A DNA stretch of 64,000 nt from the human T2T-CHM13v2.0 reference genome, Homo sapiens. Each line of letters starts with the position of its first letter. Within the stretch, counting starts at the first letter, position 1. The position numbers and the translations under genes are program-made. Under the pieces are notes generated by a model. It ran no database searches. It saw only the letters and a program-made list of their open reading frames with translations, and was not told the origin of the DNA. Below are positions 16,396 to 30,776 of the stretch, one piece after another. The stretch lies in NCBI RefSeq assembly GCF_009914755.1, contig NC_060946.1. One strand, 5' to 3'.

Positions 16396-16728
<333 letters not shown>

Positions 16729-16747
16729 CTAACCTTAAAAATCTTAA

Positions 16748-17263
16748 CCCTTTTCCCATTTAGAAAACAAATGTGCAGCTCTCTGCCAGTGCTCATTTAA
16801 TTTTACATAAACACGCTCTTTGAGGCTGAAGTAAATCTGACTGATTTGCAATGTGAAAATAAAATATAAAAACCGTTCTTGGAGTTATTTCTAAACAGAA
16901 CTACCATCAGAATTATCTGAGTCATCAGAATCCTCTATTTTGAAAAAAAAATCAGATGCATCAAATGACTCTTCTGTGAACAACTGTTTGAGAACGATAC
17001 TAATGTCACACACAGGAATACTACATTTTCTAGGATTTGACATTTTCAGTGATCGAGAATTACTACATTTTGTAAATGAAAATACCACTACTAAAAACAG
17101 AATGATATACATAGAATGATGTCTTTTGTTTCCAAAGTCGATATACTACAGCAATGCAGAAATAATCATGAAAGCAACATTATTTTGTGGCAAAGTTGTC
17201 TTAAGGTAAACACTGCAGCCACAAGTACCACTGGCGAGTATTCTCAGTGCAGACAGGAAAGAG
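16748..17263 (-). mobile_element. MER75 piggyBac-family MITE, full length
   Basis: TTAA on both sides (16744-47, 17264-67); CCCTTTTCCC terminus and a degenerate GGAAAGAG partner; retains transposase N-terminus MSNPRKCSIP...EESFDASDF (17043-16891), similar to the recalled PGBD4 N-terminus. Confidence 0.93.
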
Positions 17264-17914
17264 TTAAAGCAATAGGTCTTCCAGGCTTTGCTGAGCAGCT
17301 CTCTGTGGAATGGGATATGACTTCAATACCTGTTCAGGCAGTTACAACTCTGCCTTAGCCTTCGCTTCTTGCTTTTGGCCTGAATCTCTCTCCTTTGTGA
17401 CTCTGCTCAGCTGTGACAAAGGGATGTGGCCACTGCACACCCCACTGTGACCCACCTGCACAGGTGCATGTCTGTGCCGTTTGCCTGGGTGGCCTTCACT
17501 CTGATCCAGAGCAGCATGCAAGGACATTGTCCTGGCCAAGAGGTCATGGGCGAGACTTCTCTGAGCTCTTGGAGAGTTTGGTCTCTTTGCTGAGATCCAT
17601 AACATTTTGCAGGTGTTTCTCACCGCCTTTCACACTTTGCCCAGATACCATTGTGTTGGACACTTTTCATCACAATCCAAGGTTTATGGTTACGGTTGTC
17701 TCTGGTCTCATTGGATGTGCTTTTTTTCCTCTTTATGTTTTATTCCTTTTGTTGTTTGTATTTGGCTTTACTTGGAAATGGAATAGAAATCTCTCTGATC
17801 CATTGTGTTACAGCAGAAATGTACTCTGATCACTATTTTAAAAGAAGAAGAATTTTCCAATGATAACCATGGCTGGCTTGGGGTGGAGAAGAACAGGATA
17901 CAGAAGAAAAAGAG

Positions 17915-18050
17915 TTAGTCTGAAGTCAGGAAAATGGGTTCCACGTTTTTGTTCTGTGCTGACTTAGCCAAGTACTGTGTGGACAGCATACTTAGCATCT
18001 TTATACTTGAGTTTCAACTCCAAGAAAGTAAGGATAAAAAAGTATCAGGT
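17915..18050 (+). mobile_element. MIR fragment
   Basis: GAAGTCAGGAAAATGGGTTC...CTTGAGTTTCAACTC..AAAGTAAGGATAA. Confidence 0.5.
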
Positions 18051-18418
18051 TTCAATGAGAAAACACAAGCCACTAGTACAATGCTTGTCATGCTGGGGCC
18101 CCTGGGTAAACTATGTCCCTTATGTTTAGCAACAATAAAAGACATACATCACCAACAAAGCACACAGAAAGTACCACTCACTGGAGGACCGAGGGAGAGA
18201 CACGCAACACCCATGGGCTCCAGGCAGTCCTAGAATCCTGCCGGGTGGACTGCCACAGCTCCCGACCTGGGTGAGCAGCTCTGAGAGGAGCCCCGTCCTG
18301 CTGTGTGACCGGAGCCGCCCTGTGGGTGATTGCTGCACCCTGCTTCACTCCTGGGAATTTCCTCTTCTTACCTTGTCCTCTCATACACACTCAGAGTCCC
18401 GGGACCGGAAAGTCTTCA

Positions 18419-19190
<772 letters not shown>

Positions 19191-19195
19191 TGCAT

Positions 19196-19443
19196 AGATG
19201 GAGGCAGAGATGCAGGCGATGCGGCCAGGAGCCCAGGAATGGTAGCAGGCACAGAGGCTGTGAGATGTGAGGCACAGATCCTCCTGGAGGCTCCGGAAGG
19301 AGCCAGCACTGCCGATGCCTGGATTTCAGCCCCATAGGACTAATTTTGGGTTTCTCTCTTCCAGAACTGTAAGAGAATACATTTTCTGAGGTTTTAAGCC
19401 ACCACATCTGGAGTAATTTGTTGTAACAGCCAGAAACTGACCT
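19196..19443 (+). mobile_element. MLT1D-like LTR, 3' half
   Basis: GATGGAGGCAGAGAT...CCAGAACTGTAAGAGAATACATTTT..GTTTTAAGCCAC..TAATTTGTTGTAACAGC. Confidence 0.85.
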
Positions 19444-19589
19444 CCAGGGCATCAGGGCGCTGTCTGGCCTCTCCTTCCTCCTTCCCTCACTTCTCCTGCC
19501 AAAGTCAATGCCGTATGTATTTGTTTTGTTGTTGCTTTTCTGTTTTTATTTGCACAGCAGCCCTGAACTTCAAGGTCATAATCTCTATA

Positions 19590-19960
19590 ATCAGTCAGAG
19601 TAAGCACCCGGATCCATCAGCCAGCCCCAGATTTCAAGAGCTTTAACACACAAAGCACAGGCTTCTGACCATGTTGGATCACTGCAGGGGCAGTGTCGTC
19701 CACCCCTGGTTGGTCATCCCGAGGGCCAACCTCCTTCCCATGCAGCCCGGGCTCCTCGCCATCCCTGGAGTTCTCGGGGCTCAGCCAGCAGATGGAAAGA
19801 AACGGAGCTGAAAGCTCCTGGTGAGACTTAGGGGTCAGGGTTGGGGATGGCACTGACTCCTTGTTCGCATTCACCAGCCAAGTAAGATCTGCAAAGCAAG
19901 CTGGAAAAAGTCAGTCCACTAAGGCCCAGGAGGAAAAAGGAAGGGCCAGTGGCTGAGGCC
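19590..19960 (-). mobile_element. old MaLR LTR (MLT1K/L-like)
   Basis: degenerate match incl. CAGCCAGCAGATGGAAAGA and GCCCAGGAGGAAAAAGGAA. Confidence 0.4.
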
Positions 19961-21004
19961 ACCAAAAGGTTTGAGCAGGCTGAGTGACCAGGGCCTGGGC
20001 TTTGACCCCCAGCTCACAGCTCTGTGAACTCATCTATTTCTGTTATTATCATGTATATTCATAACTAATACTTTAGTTCTGCACCTAATTTACAAAGGTC
20101 TTCCTTCGGTATCTCATATATTAATACAACTAATAAAAATTAAATGTCGGTAAGAGCTTTGCAGGTTACAGAGCAACTGCACCTCCGGGATCTCCTCTAA
20201 GTGTTCCTTTATCTGGCCTTATTAATTCCAGCCTTTATGAACTGGGGGACTTTGGAGAGTCACTTTCTGCCTCTGAGCTGTGTTTTCTATTAGCAAATGG
20301 GGATCGATACCTGCCAGCCTCTCCCAGGGCGGTGATGAGTTTCCCGCTGCCTGGGATGGGATACCTGAGAGAATTCAGACAACAGCGTGCCCTCCTCGGA
20401 GCTCCCCTCCGCTCCAGGGATGGCAGAGGTACCCCATGCGGCAGGGGCCCAGCGGAAGGCAGGGACCAGCCTGGCCCCAGCAGGAGTAGCTCAGCCCCCA
20501 CAGGCCGGGCCTCCAGAGGCCCAGCCAGCAGGACACCCTGCCCTAGGAGGCTCAGGTGCCTGGCGGGAGTAGGCCTGGCCTGTGAGCTCTCACCGTGTGT
20601 GTCTCAGCCTAGTGGGCGCACCCGCCCCCCGAGGCCGGGTTTTCCCTGGCTGGCCACAGGTGCGGGGAAGACTGAGCAGCCACGGGCAGCTCTCATTCAG
20701 ACTCAGGGGAAGGCGGCCGGAGAGTGAAACATTTCCCCAAAATGTAAATTGTATTAAAAAAAATCCATACCTCTAGAAGGACTTTGTAATAAGAAGGCAA
20801 TAAATCAAGTTGGGAAGCAGCACTCTGAGTGGGAGCGAACGTCTTATTTACTGGGGAGGGAAGGAATGCGGCGCAGTGTTCGGGGTGGGGCAGCCTCTCC
20901 CAGCCCCCGCCCTGGCCCTGGAGGTCCCTGTCCAGAAGGCGCCCGCAAGGCACCGTCCCCAGGGCTCAGCGTGCCTCTCTAGAGGCCGTCCCACTCATCC
21001 CCCT

Positions 21005-21400
21005 GCTCATTCATTCACTCCCAGGTTACCTAGAGCTTATTACCAACTGTGCACAGCACTCACTGCTGAGCATACAGTGACCAGCAAATAAGGGTTCACC
21101 TGTCAAAAGTTCACGGAAGGGAGGCACGCAGTGAGTGAGGGTTCGGTCCAGGACAAAGCATTGAGCTGCGCAGGAGAAGACGGCCTCTGTGTGCTGCTCT
21201 AAGGGAGCCACTGTCTGGTGGGGGAGGCAGGCAGAAGCCAGGCAGTGACATCCAGGAAGCCCCGAGGCCCAGGAAGCACAGCCTGAGGCAGGGTGGTCAG
21301 GGAAGCCTGCCTGGAGGTGGTGGCAGCCTAGCTGAGGATGAGTCCCTCCAGGGAAGAACTGGGGGAAGCAGAGACACAGAGGGGGCCCTGCCATGAGAAG
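21005..21400 (-). mobile_element. L2 3' fragment
   Basis: CTCATTCATTCA...GCATACAGTGACCAG...GGTCAGGGAAGCCTGCCTGGAGGTGG. Confidence 0.55.
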
Positions 21401-24144
21401 GGCTCCCTGCCACAACTCTCCTGGTGCTCAGGCACATGGTTGGAGTCCTTCAGAGGGTCCAGCTCACCAAAGGACGCCCAGAGTCCCAGAGTGGGTCAGG
21501 CCTCTTACCGCCAGTAGCGCCTCCGCTGTGCCATGCTGGTCTAAGTAATTTCGGGCTTACTGTGTAGGTGGCACTAAGATTGGATCCCAAGTCAGAGATC
21601 CCCATGGTGCAGTTTTTCAGGGAAGATGAGAAAACTAGAGCACCATGCGCGTGTCATGAGACTTCCTCACTCTGGCTGGCACGCTCTGGTTTGCAAGACC
21701 CTCATCTATCTGTGGACTCCCAGTCCTGTGGCGTGTCCCTGTTACGTGTTTGACGGGTGGGGGAAGGGAAGTGTACGGGGCAGAGATGGCCCACCTGGTC
21801 TGCCAGAGCCAGCTGAGCAACTCGGGTCAGGTACTCAGCCCTCTGGGCACCAGCTTCAGGCTCACACTCTGCAGACCGAGGCCTGAGTCAGGGCTCACAG
21901 TAGGAGCCAGGGAGAAAAACGTGCTGGGCCCAGGCTCCGATGCCAGCCACACTGGAGGGGTGCTCTGGGTGTCCTGTGGTCTGGGCATGACCCTGTCACC
22001 CTTCCCAGGACCTGGACTCACTGCATGGTGCTCCCAGGTAGAAGTGGCACAGGGTCCTGCCTGCCTCATATCCCACAGGTGTCTCTACATCTTGAAAGAG
22101 GAGCTCGGGTCCTGCAGCCGTGCCCTGGATCTTGGTCTCTCTTCTTTGCTCCTGGGGGCAGTGGGTGGGGGGCGGGGGGTTTGTAGGAATGACGGGGCTT
22201 TCTGGGCGTGTACTCACCCACCCGGGAGCCTCAGATGTGGGAGAGGCCTGGGGAATCCATGCGGATCCATGCAGCGGCACTAATTCCTGGGATCTGGGGT
22301 TGAACAGGTGGCTGGCCCTTCTTTAAAGCAGGTGCAGCATTCCTGCCACCGCCCACCACAGGCAACGGCCTCGCGGGGGACTTGCTGTCCTTTGGGGCTG
22401 GGATCTTATTTATCTCCGAACTATCATCAGGAGGGTTGGTCATCCTGCACCGATGCTTTCCAATTTGGGAAGAGGGAGAAGGAAGTGCTCGGTGAGGCCT
22501 TTAAAAGTTGGGTTGGGAGGTTCCTCAGATGGATTTTCTCCTCCCTGGAACACCACTGGCTCATCCTGGGCACTGCAGGCTGGGCTGACTACTGGGGTCA
22601 GGATCCTGTCCTGACTGTGGGGTGAGGGCCATCATGCAGGTGGCTTTGGGGGGCTGTTTGCGGCCATTCCGAGGGGCGCCTTACGCCCTCCCAGGTCCCC
22701 ATCCCTGTAAATCAGCAGCTTCTAGGGAAGTTCCCTTTACGGGGACAGGACCCAGGAGGGTGTACAGTGCCTCTCAGGATGGCCTCTCTCTGCCTCCAGA
22801 GCTGACATCAGCGGTGAGGGGCATCAGTTCTCCAAGGCCTCCCGGGAAAGTCAGTTTGGAGCCGGAGTTCTCTGTTTCCAGCCGGAGAGCACCAGCCTGA
22901 GGCGGCAGGGTGAAAGGTCACAGGAGACAGTAAGAGGCTCCCAGAGGAGCAGGTGGGAGGAACAGGTGCTGGGCTTGGAGTTTTACGGGAGACAGCTGGA
23001 CTGCAGTGGGCAATGTGGGGCCGACGCCGACATCAGGCACCACAGAGCTGACCTGGGCAGCCTCAGAGAGACCCTGTCATGGCCCGGCCCACCTCAACTC
23101 AGACCCCACCCTCAGGACACTGTAGCACTCCCCAGGCCATACCTCCTCCCACAAGGCCCAGCTTCCAGACCCTGCAGATCCCAGGGGGTTTGGCAGGGCC
23201 CTGCTCTGCCTTCTCTGAATTGCTGGGCAAGCCAGGCCTGGCTGCAGACAGGAGGCCCCAGACCTGACATGAAGAAAAGCCACTGGAAGTGGAGGGCCTG
23301 GGCCTGGGGCCTGGATCACTGCTGTGGGCGCACTTTGCCCTTTGCCCTCTACATGCACACAGCTCTACATCTGAGATTTCAGAAAGGGGGGGCTCTCGTC
23401 TACATCCGAAGCAGGGGCAGCTGTCCCCCGAGTCTGATCTCAGGGCTCACTCACTAGAGAGTGAAACTCCATCCAGCCTCCAGCCCTGCCTGTCGGGGCT
23501 AGATCATCACCCTCACCACAGAGATTTCTGAAGAGAGTGCAGGAGAGTCAGCATCCTGTTCAATAGGTGCTGCCTATAAACACAGGGGGCCGTCCTGCAG
23601 GCTTGGAGGGCCTCCCCTCCATCCCTCCTGGTCCTCATCACCGGGTCCCTCCCCTTAGCTTAGTCCAATTCCTGCCTCTTCCATCCTCCTGGTTCAGTAA
23701 TTAATTGCTAGAATGCCGGGTGGTGCACAGTGATGAGGAGAGCTGGGCGCACAGTCAGCACCCAGGACAGCAGTTGCTTGCCCACGTTTATGGTCACAGG
23801 GCACTGGGCTCTGGACAAGAAGACACACATGCTGATGTCGGCCTTCGAAGAGCAGAGACTGGGGCCCCTGGAAATGGGTCTGGGGCCCGGGAGGTGTGTT
23901 CTGGAATCTTCTGTGAGGATCCAGCCCTGCCTATGCCATGTGTGAAAGTGATTGCTTCCTCCTTCAGGCCTTGCTCAGGGCTCCAGCGTGGGTGGCCTTC
24001 TGTTCCCGTCCAGCTGAGCTCTCACACAGCCTGCCTGGCTCTGCCCCACCCTCGGACTCGAAGCTGTGAGTCAAGGCCCTTTCTCTTGGGGCCATGGGCA
24101 CCGTGATGGAGGCGCTTCACCAGCCTGGCACCACAGCATCCCCC

Positions 24145-24290
24145 ATGCACAGCCTGGTGCTAACACAGAGTAAGCCCTCGTCGATATTTGTGATTGGACA
24201 CAAGGATGACTGAGTGACTGTGATTGGACACAAGGATGAATGAGTGAATATCTGTGATTGGACACAAGGATGAATGTGAATGAGTGAATA
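24145..24290 (+). repeat. L2 3' tail with local triplication of TGTGATTGGACACAAGGATGA
   Basis: copies at 24189, 24219 and 24253; L2-like lead-in and GAATGAGTGAAT tail. Confidence 0.8.
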
Positions 24291-24633
24291 ACAAGAGATG
24301 GTCGAGGTGATGCCCGATAATGCTCCCAGCTTAGAAACTCAGTGGCTCCTAATCTTGCCAACTTGTGTCCAGGCATCTAAAGCCCAGCCTGGTTTTCCTC
24401 ACAGGTCAGAGAGATGATTTGAGAGGCTGTAGCAGAGCCACACACTCCAGAATGTGTCCCTTGTATGTGAACTGCTGCACCTGAAATCACACCATTACTC
24501 ACACAGCTCACCCTAAAAATGCACCGATCTCTGGAAGCAGCATTACTTAGAGCTGAGAGCAGTGTGCATTCTGGGACAAGCAGAGCTTTCTGGGATCAAA
24601 ACTGAGCGTGGAATGAAGCCAGTTCAAGGTCCA

Positions 24634-24704
24634 GCCAGACAAAGCTCTCAGTAAACGTCCGTCACAGGGGCCAGACAAAGCTCTCGGCAAACATCCGTCA
24701 TGGG
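24634..24704. repeat. 36-bp tandem duplication
   Basis: GCCAGACAAAGCTCTC..AAAC.TCCGTCA..GGG twice (24634, 24670). Confidence 0.9.
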
Positions 24705-24941
24705 GTAACCAGCACAGGGAAGTGAGGGGAGTGGACCAGTCCGTTACGGCACAGAGGGTGCTGGCACCTGCGTTTTCACTGGTCATCCTCTGGGCAGGGA
24801 GAGAAGCATCCGCTGCTTCCCTACACACTGTCCAGCAGGCGGGGCCCGTGAGCCTCCCCGGCTCAGCTGAGCAGCCTGGGGCTCCCCTCCACCAGGCCAG
24901 GAAACCCTCCTTCCACAGGCTGTGGCCTGGTGGGAGGGCCC

Positions 24942-25355
24942 TGTTGGAGACTGAACTGTGTTGCTGAAGTTCTCATCCCTGGAACCTCAGGCTGAGCTTA
25001 TTTGGAAATAAGGTCTTCGTAGGTGAAGTAGTTAAGATGCAGTCACACTGGAATCCAGTGGGCCCTAAGCGTGAAACGCCTGGTGTCCTCAGAAGAGGAG
25101 AGAGACAGAGGCAGATGCCCTGGGAGGGCCACACTGCAACCACGATGGAGGCAGAGACGAGGGACCCCAAGGATGGCGGCCTCCAGGGGTGGACGGCAGC
25201 CTGGATGGACTCTCCCGCAGAGCCCTCCGGAGGAACCCACCCTGCCGACACCTTTTCCCCGAGTTCCAGCCTCCAGAACTGTAAGACAACACCTTTCTGC
25301 TGTTTTAAGCCACTGAGTTTGTGTTAACTTTCCCAGCAGCCACGGGAGGCTGACC
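24942..25355 (+). mobile_element. MLT1B/C MaLR LTR
   Basis: TTATTTGGAAATAAGGTCTT..GTTAAGATG..CAGCCTCCAGAACTGTAAGACAA..TGTTTTAAGCCAC. Confidence 0.88.
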
Positions 25356-26024
25356 CCGGGCTGTTTCCTCCCCCGGAATCCCACGGCTCTTCCTAAAGTG
25401 TACATTTTTGGCACTGCAGCCACCCAGATGCCTGTGGGAAGTTTCTCCAAGGGCCCTAACTGCACCCTGGGTGTGCCCTGTCCCCTTTGCCATCAGCCTG
25501 GGATGCTGCAGACGCCCTTGCTAGAGGCCAGCTGGGCCCTGGCTGGAGGGACCCACTCAGAAGGAAACCCCATTCTCTGCTTTCAGAGCTGGGTCCCTCC
25601 CAAGCATCTGGCCCAATCCGTCTTCCCACTTCCCTCCTCCAGTCCCGTTTTAAATAGAATCCATCAGCAATCAGAGCGTGAGGCCATCAGCCCAGCTCAG
25701 AAGCACAGCCCGGCTCCACGGACGCCAACGGAGGGTGTCTCCCGCCGGAGTGAACGGCTGCCCGGCTGCTCCAAACAGCTCGGCTCCCCCTATACTGTCC
25801 CCCTTCTTAATGGCCATGGGTGTCCCCAGAGCCGAGAAACTGGGGCAAGGAGTTGTCGTGCAGCAGAAAGATGGGTTGCCAGGCTCTGAGGGGCAGAATA
25901 CGCTTCCCGCGTCTTGAGCAGGTTCTACTGGAGGGCCAGAGCAGGAGGCACGGCAGGAGCTGAGAGGGAGGGTTCGTGTCCAGCGGGCACCACTGCAGCT
26001 CAGGCAGGCAGGACCCAGCTGGCG

Positions 26025-26651
26025 GCTGGGAGGCCTCACACACGCGCCTCCATGCACCCATCTGTGCCTGCCTCGTGCGGACATTGTGAGGATCACAGGG
26101 AGCAGGGGTGGAAGGACCCAGGACAGCACCAGGTACATCAGCCCAGGCGGCTTTGTCTTCAAGGGTGCCATTGCGGCTCAGACAGGTGGGACCCAGCTGG
26201 CGGCTGACCACGGAGCCCCAGCAGACTGAGGCAGCGGCCCAGGGCTCCGTCTGGAGGGGGCAGGTCTGAGCAGGTGGAGCAGGGACAGGAGGCCGAGGGC
26301 TGCATCAGAATCTCCGGGAGCGTGGGGGCTTCCACTGCTCTTTCCGGTCCTGGGGGCTTGGATGGGGCCCAGAGCTGGGTCCTTCTCTGACTTCCCCGGT
26401 GACGCTGCCTCATAACCAGTGCCGCTGCCAGAGGCTCCTGACCTGTGTCTGGATGCTCCTTCTGCCCTGTCTGCCCCGTATGAGGGATGGTTGTCCCTAA
26501 GATCCTCCTGACAGCCCTCGGGCCGTGAGTGTGCGTGATGTACCTGGTGCTGGCCTAAGTCCTTCCATCCACGCTCCCTGTGATCCTCACAACATCTGCA
26601 CGAGGCAGGCACAGATGGGCACGTGGAGGTGTGTGTGTGAGGCCTCCCAGC
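26025..26651. repeat. 116-bp inverted repeat pair (26025-26140 / 26536-26651), 395-bp spacer
   Basis: manual ungapped alignment gives 102/116 identical. Confidence 0.95.
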
Positions 26652-26976
26652 GGTGGGGATGGTGCTGGTCCTGGCCCGGACAGGCTGACCCCAAGCCCAT
26701 GTGCCCAGCACTGAGCATCTCTGCCTCTGAACCTTGCCCCACACTGAGGCCGGCCCAGGATAGCTGGCCCTGCCCAAACAGACCTGTCTGGCTCTGAACT
26801 TTGGGCTGTGCTGCCCCAGTGCTGGAGGAGGCGTGGTCTCCAGGTATTCCCTGTGGGAGTCTCTGGGCACCCTTGGTGTGGCAGCTCCGAGTCTCTGGGT
26901 GGGCTCAGGCAAGATTCTATAGCCCAGGTTCTGTGTATCCTGAGCTTCACCCCCAGACCAGACCTGGCTGCCATGA

Positions 26977-27585
<609 letters not shown>

Positions 27586-28142
27586 TGTCCTGCAATTCTT
27601 AATAATTAACAATATTGAGGTCCAATGGGACAAAGGAGTGAGCAGAGGAGATCCATGAAATACACACGCCCAGGCCCCTCAGTGCTTCATTTGCAGACAG
27701 AATTTGTGATGCCTCAGGAGCGCAGACGTCTCATAGGCCCACAATGGGTGGGTGTTCCGTGAGGCTGCACATCAATGGAACACCAACTCATTAGGGCCAT
27801 TGAAGGCCACGCTTTACAATCAAACCAGAAGCCACTTCGAACTCAGAACAGAAAGAAGCCCGTGTTCCAACAAGCATAAATGGCACAGGGACCCGATTGC
27901 ACCTGTTTTTTACTCCTGATATTGTGTTCATGATACTAAGTGAAATAAAAATAGTTGTTTGTTTTGTGCGAGGTCTCCAGTGCTTTGCTGAGAGCAAAAC
28001 GCACACACATGCACGTGCCACGAAACATGAATTGTAGAACTGCAGTGATTCCGCCCAAGAATGAAGTGGTCTTACCTCTGCGAGTGCAACTGGTGTGTGT
28101 GCTGGGGGAACGATGGTCAAATTCACACTATTAAAGGTTTTT

Positions 28143-28504
<362 letters not shown>

Positions 28505-29386
28505 CTAACAGGTGAAGAGGAAGAGCTGAGAGGAGGACAAAGGACTTGCCCAGGAGCATATTTCAGCTGAACTGTGGAGAGTTCTGACCCCTGCACTTCT
28601 CTCCTAGGAGTCAGCACCCCCATCCTAAGGGAGAAACCAAAGCCACTCATCCTGTTCCTTGTGTAGCCCCCTCACCAGGCTCCCCACCATGGCCATCTCC
28701 CTCAAAGGGGAAAAGTCTGGAGGTGGGTAGACCAGATGAACAAGTGTTGGCAAAGGCCTGGGAAGAGATGGTGTCCCCAGATTATGACCAGAACCTCCAG
28801 GGTGAGGACGGAGATATTGTGCCCCTCTGAATGAGGGGCACGCTCATTCAGAGCGTTTAGAAACTGTCCTCTGCTCCGCTCTGTCACCCGGAGAGGACGC
28901 TGGGTTACATTAACACTTTATTGCTGAAGACTTTGCTTTCAGCAGATGTATAAAAAGGAAGAGAAAGGTCTTTAGCAGCCATGGAAGGTGTGATTGGCCA
29001 ATGCAGGAAAATATCAATATCCCAACAATATTGAGCTCCTGTTTCTCAAACTGTAAGTGACATAATGGGCAGAAATGAGGAGCATTATCGGGCATCTCCA
29101 GTGGGCACGCTGGTGCACACAGCATCAATCCACAATGCCCATGGATGTCCCCTGGCAGGGAGATTACATAATGCTGAGTGACAGCTGACACACTTATTGC
29201 CTGGAGGGAGCCCACCTTCCAAAGGCAGGAATTTAAAGTCTCCAGCTGGGGGATGAGCCGATTCGTAGCCCATTGCTCAGGGCTTTGACACACAACTTTG
29301 CACCTGCTATTCTGCTGAGGGATGGCACTCAAATCCTGAGAGCATGTCTCCCCAGAGAGAACCTTACATGTCTTGGCAAAATTAAG

Positions 29387-29460
29387 ATGACTTTGATAGG
29401 GACACATAGCAAATGCTTAATGACTTTGATAGGGACACATAGCAAATGCTTAATGACTTT
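29387..29460. repeat. perfect 33-bp tandem duplication
   Basis: ATGACTTTGATAGGGACACATAGCAAATGCTTA at 29387 and 29420, partial third copy at 29453. Confidence 0.97.
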
Positions 29461-29758
29461 TTAACCTTTTATGACTTTAGTGGGTGGAACTGCCAGACAA
29501 TTGATCATTGCACTGACCTGCAGAGATGAGGAGGAGGGGAGAGCTGCTGGGTACAAGTTGATCTCCTTCGCCCCTCAACAGCTCCAAATAATGCCTGGAG
29601 CCTCAGCACAGATCCCAAGCCTGGGCCTCATGATGCCGGTGTTAGATACCCAGGTCCCTGTTGCCACTTGTGGAACCCGCCACAAAGAGTGGACCCTGAA
29701 TCACAATGAATGCAAGGGGCAACGGCACCTGACGCTGCACCCAGCTAGGATGTTTGTC

Positions 29759-30331
29759 CCCCACTCCAGCCTCACTCCCTCCTCCAGCCTCACCTCCCTC
29801 TCCAGCCTCCCCCCACTCCAGCCTCACTCCCACTCCAGCCTCCCCTCCAGACTCACTCCCTCCTCCAGCCTCACCTCCCACTCCAACCTCACTCCCACTC
29901 CAGCCTTCCCCCTACTCGACTCACTCCCACTCCAGCCTCCCCTCCACTCCAGACTCACTCCCTCCTCCAGCCTCACCTCCCTCTCCAGCCTCACTTCCCT
30001 CTCCAGCCTCACTCCCACTCCAGCCTCCCCCTACTCCAGCCTCCCCCCCATTCCAGCCTCACTCCCTCCTCCAGCCTCAACTCCCACTCCAGCATCCCCC
30101 CCCTCCTCCAGCCTCACTCCCTCCTCCAACCTCACTACCTCCTCCAGCCTCACCCATCCTTCAACCTCATCCCCTCCTCCAGCCTCACTCCCTCCTCCAG
30201 CCTCACTCCCTCCTCCAGCCTCACTCCCTCCTCCAACCTCACCCTCTCTTCCAGCCTCACCCCTCCTCTACCCTCACACCTTCCTCCAGCCTCACCCCCT
30301 CCTCCAGCCTCACCTCTTTTCCAACCTCCAG
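29759..30331. repeat. C-rich minisatellite, ~18-bp degenerate unit (CTCCAGCCTCACTCCCTC)
   Basis: ~30 degenerate units; explains the Pro/Ser-rich ORFs 29471-30358 and 29754-30362. Confidence 0.95.
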
Positions 30332-30351
30332 GCTATTGAGAGCGAGACATG

Positions 30352-30776
30352 GGCGTGAGTGACCTGGGGCTGCCATAACAAAACCGCACCGTCCAGGCAG
30401 CTTAAACAGCGGAAATTTTTTCTCTTGGTTCTGGAGGCTGGAAATCCAAGATCACAGCGTGGGCCGGGCTGCTTCCTTATAGGCTGTGAGTGACAATCTG
30501 TTCTCTGCACCTTTTCAGCCTCTGGTGGCCTTGGGTGCTCCTTGGCTTGTAGATGGTTGTCTTCTCCCTGTGTCTCTTCTCATCACTGTTCCTCCATGCA
30601 CGTCTGTCTGTTTTGCCAAAGTTTTAATGAGGATAACAGTAACTGGCTTAGGACCCACCTGCTGACCTCGTCCAAACCTGATCATCTGCAGAGACGCTCC
30701 TCCCAAATGAGGTCACACTCACAGGCCCTGGGGTTCTGCCTTTAGCATCTTTGGGGAGACAATGAAAACCACAACA
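30352..30776 (-). mobile_element. MLT1B/C MaLR LTR
   Basis: GGGGCTGCCATAACAAAAC..GTTCTGGAGGCTGGAAATCCAAGATCA..CCAAATGAGGTCACACTC. Confidence 0.88.

Noticed and set aside
20580-20960. CpG island / gene promoter (also small CpG clusters near 31590-31680 and 36420-36460)
   Set aside because: Only short local CpG enrichment, too small and sparse by eye to call an island; no supporting downstream exon.
21505-21532. Possible CTCF site (also near 945 and 56526)
   Set aside because: Only partial matches to the core motif; cannot be supported without a PWM scan or ChIP data.
29471-30362. Pro/Ser-rich mucin- or extensin-like ORFs
   Set aside because: Direct translation of the C-rich minisatellite; open in several frames because the tract lacks stop codons.
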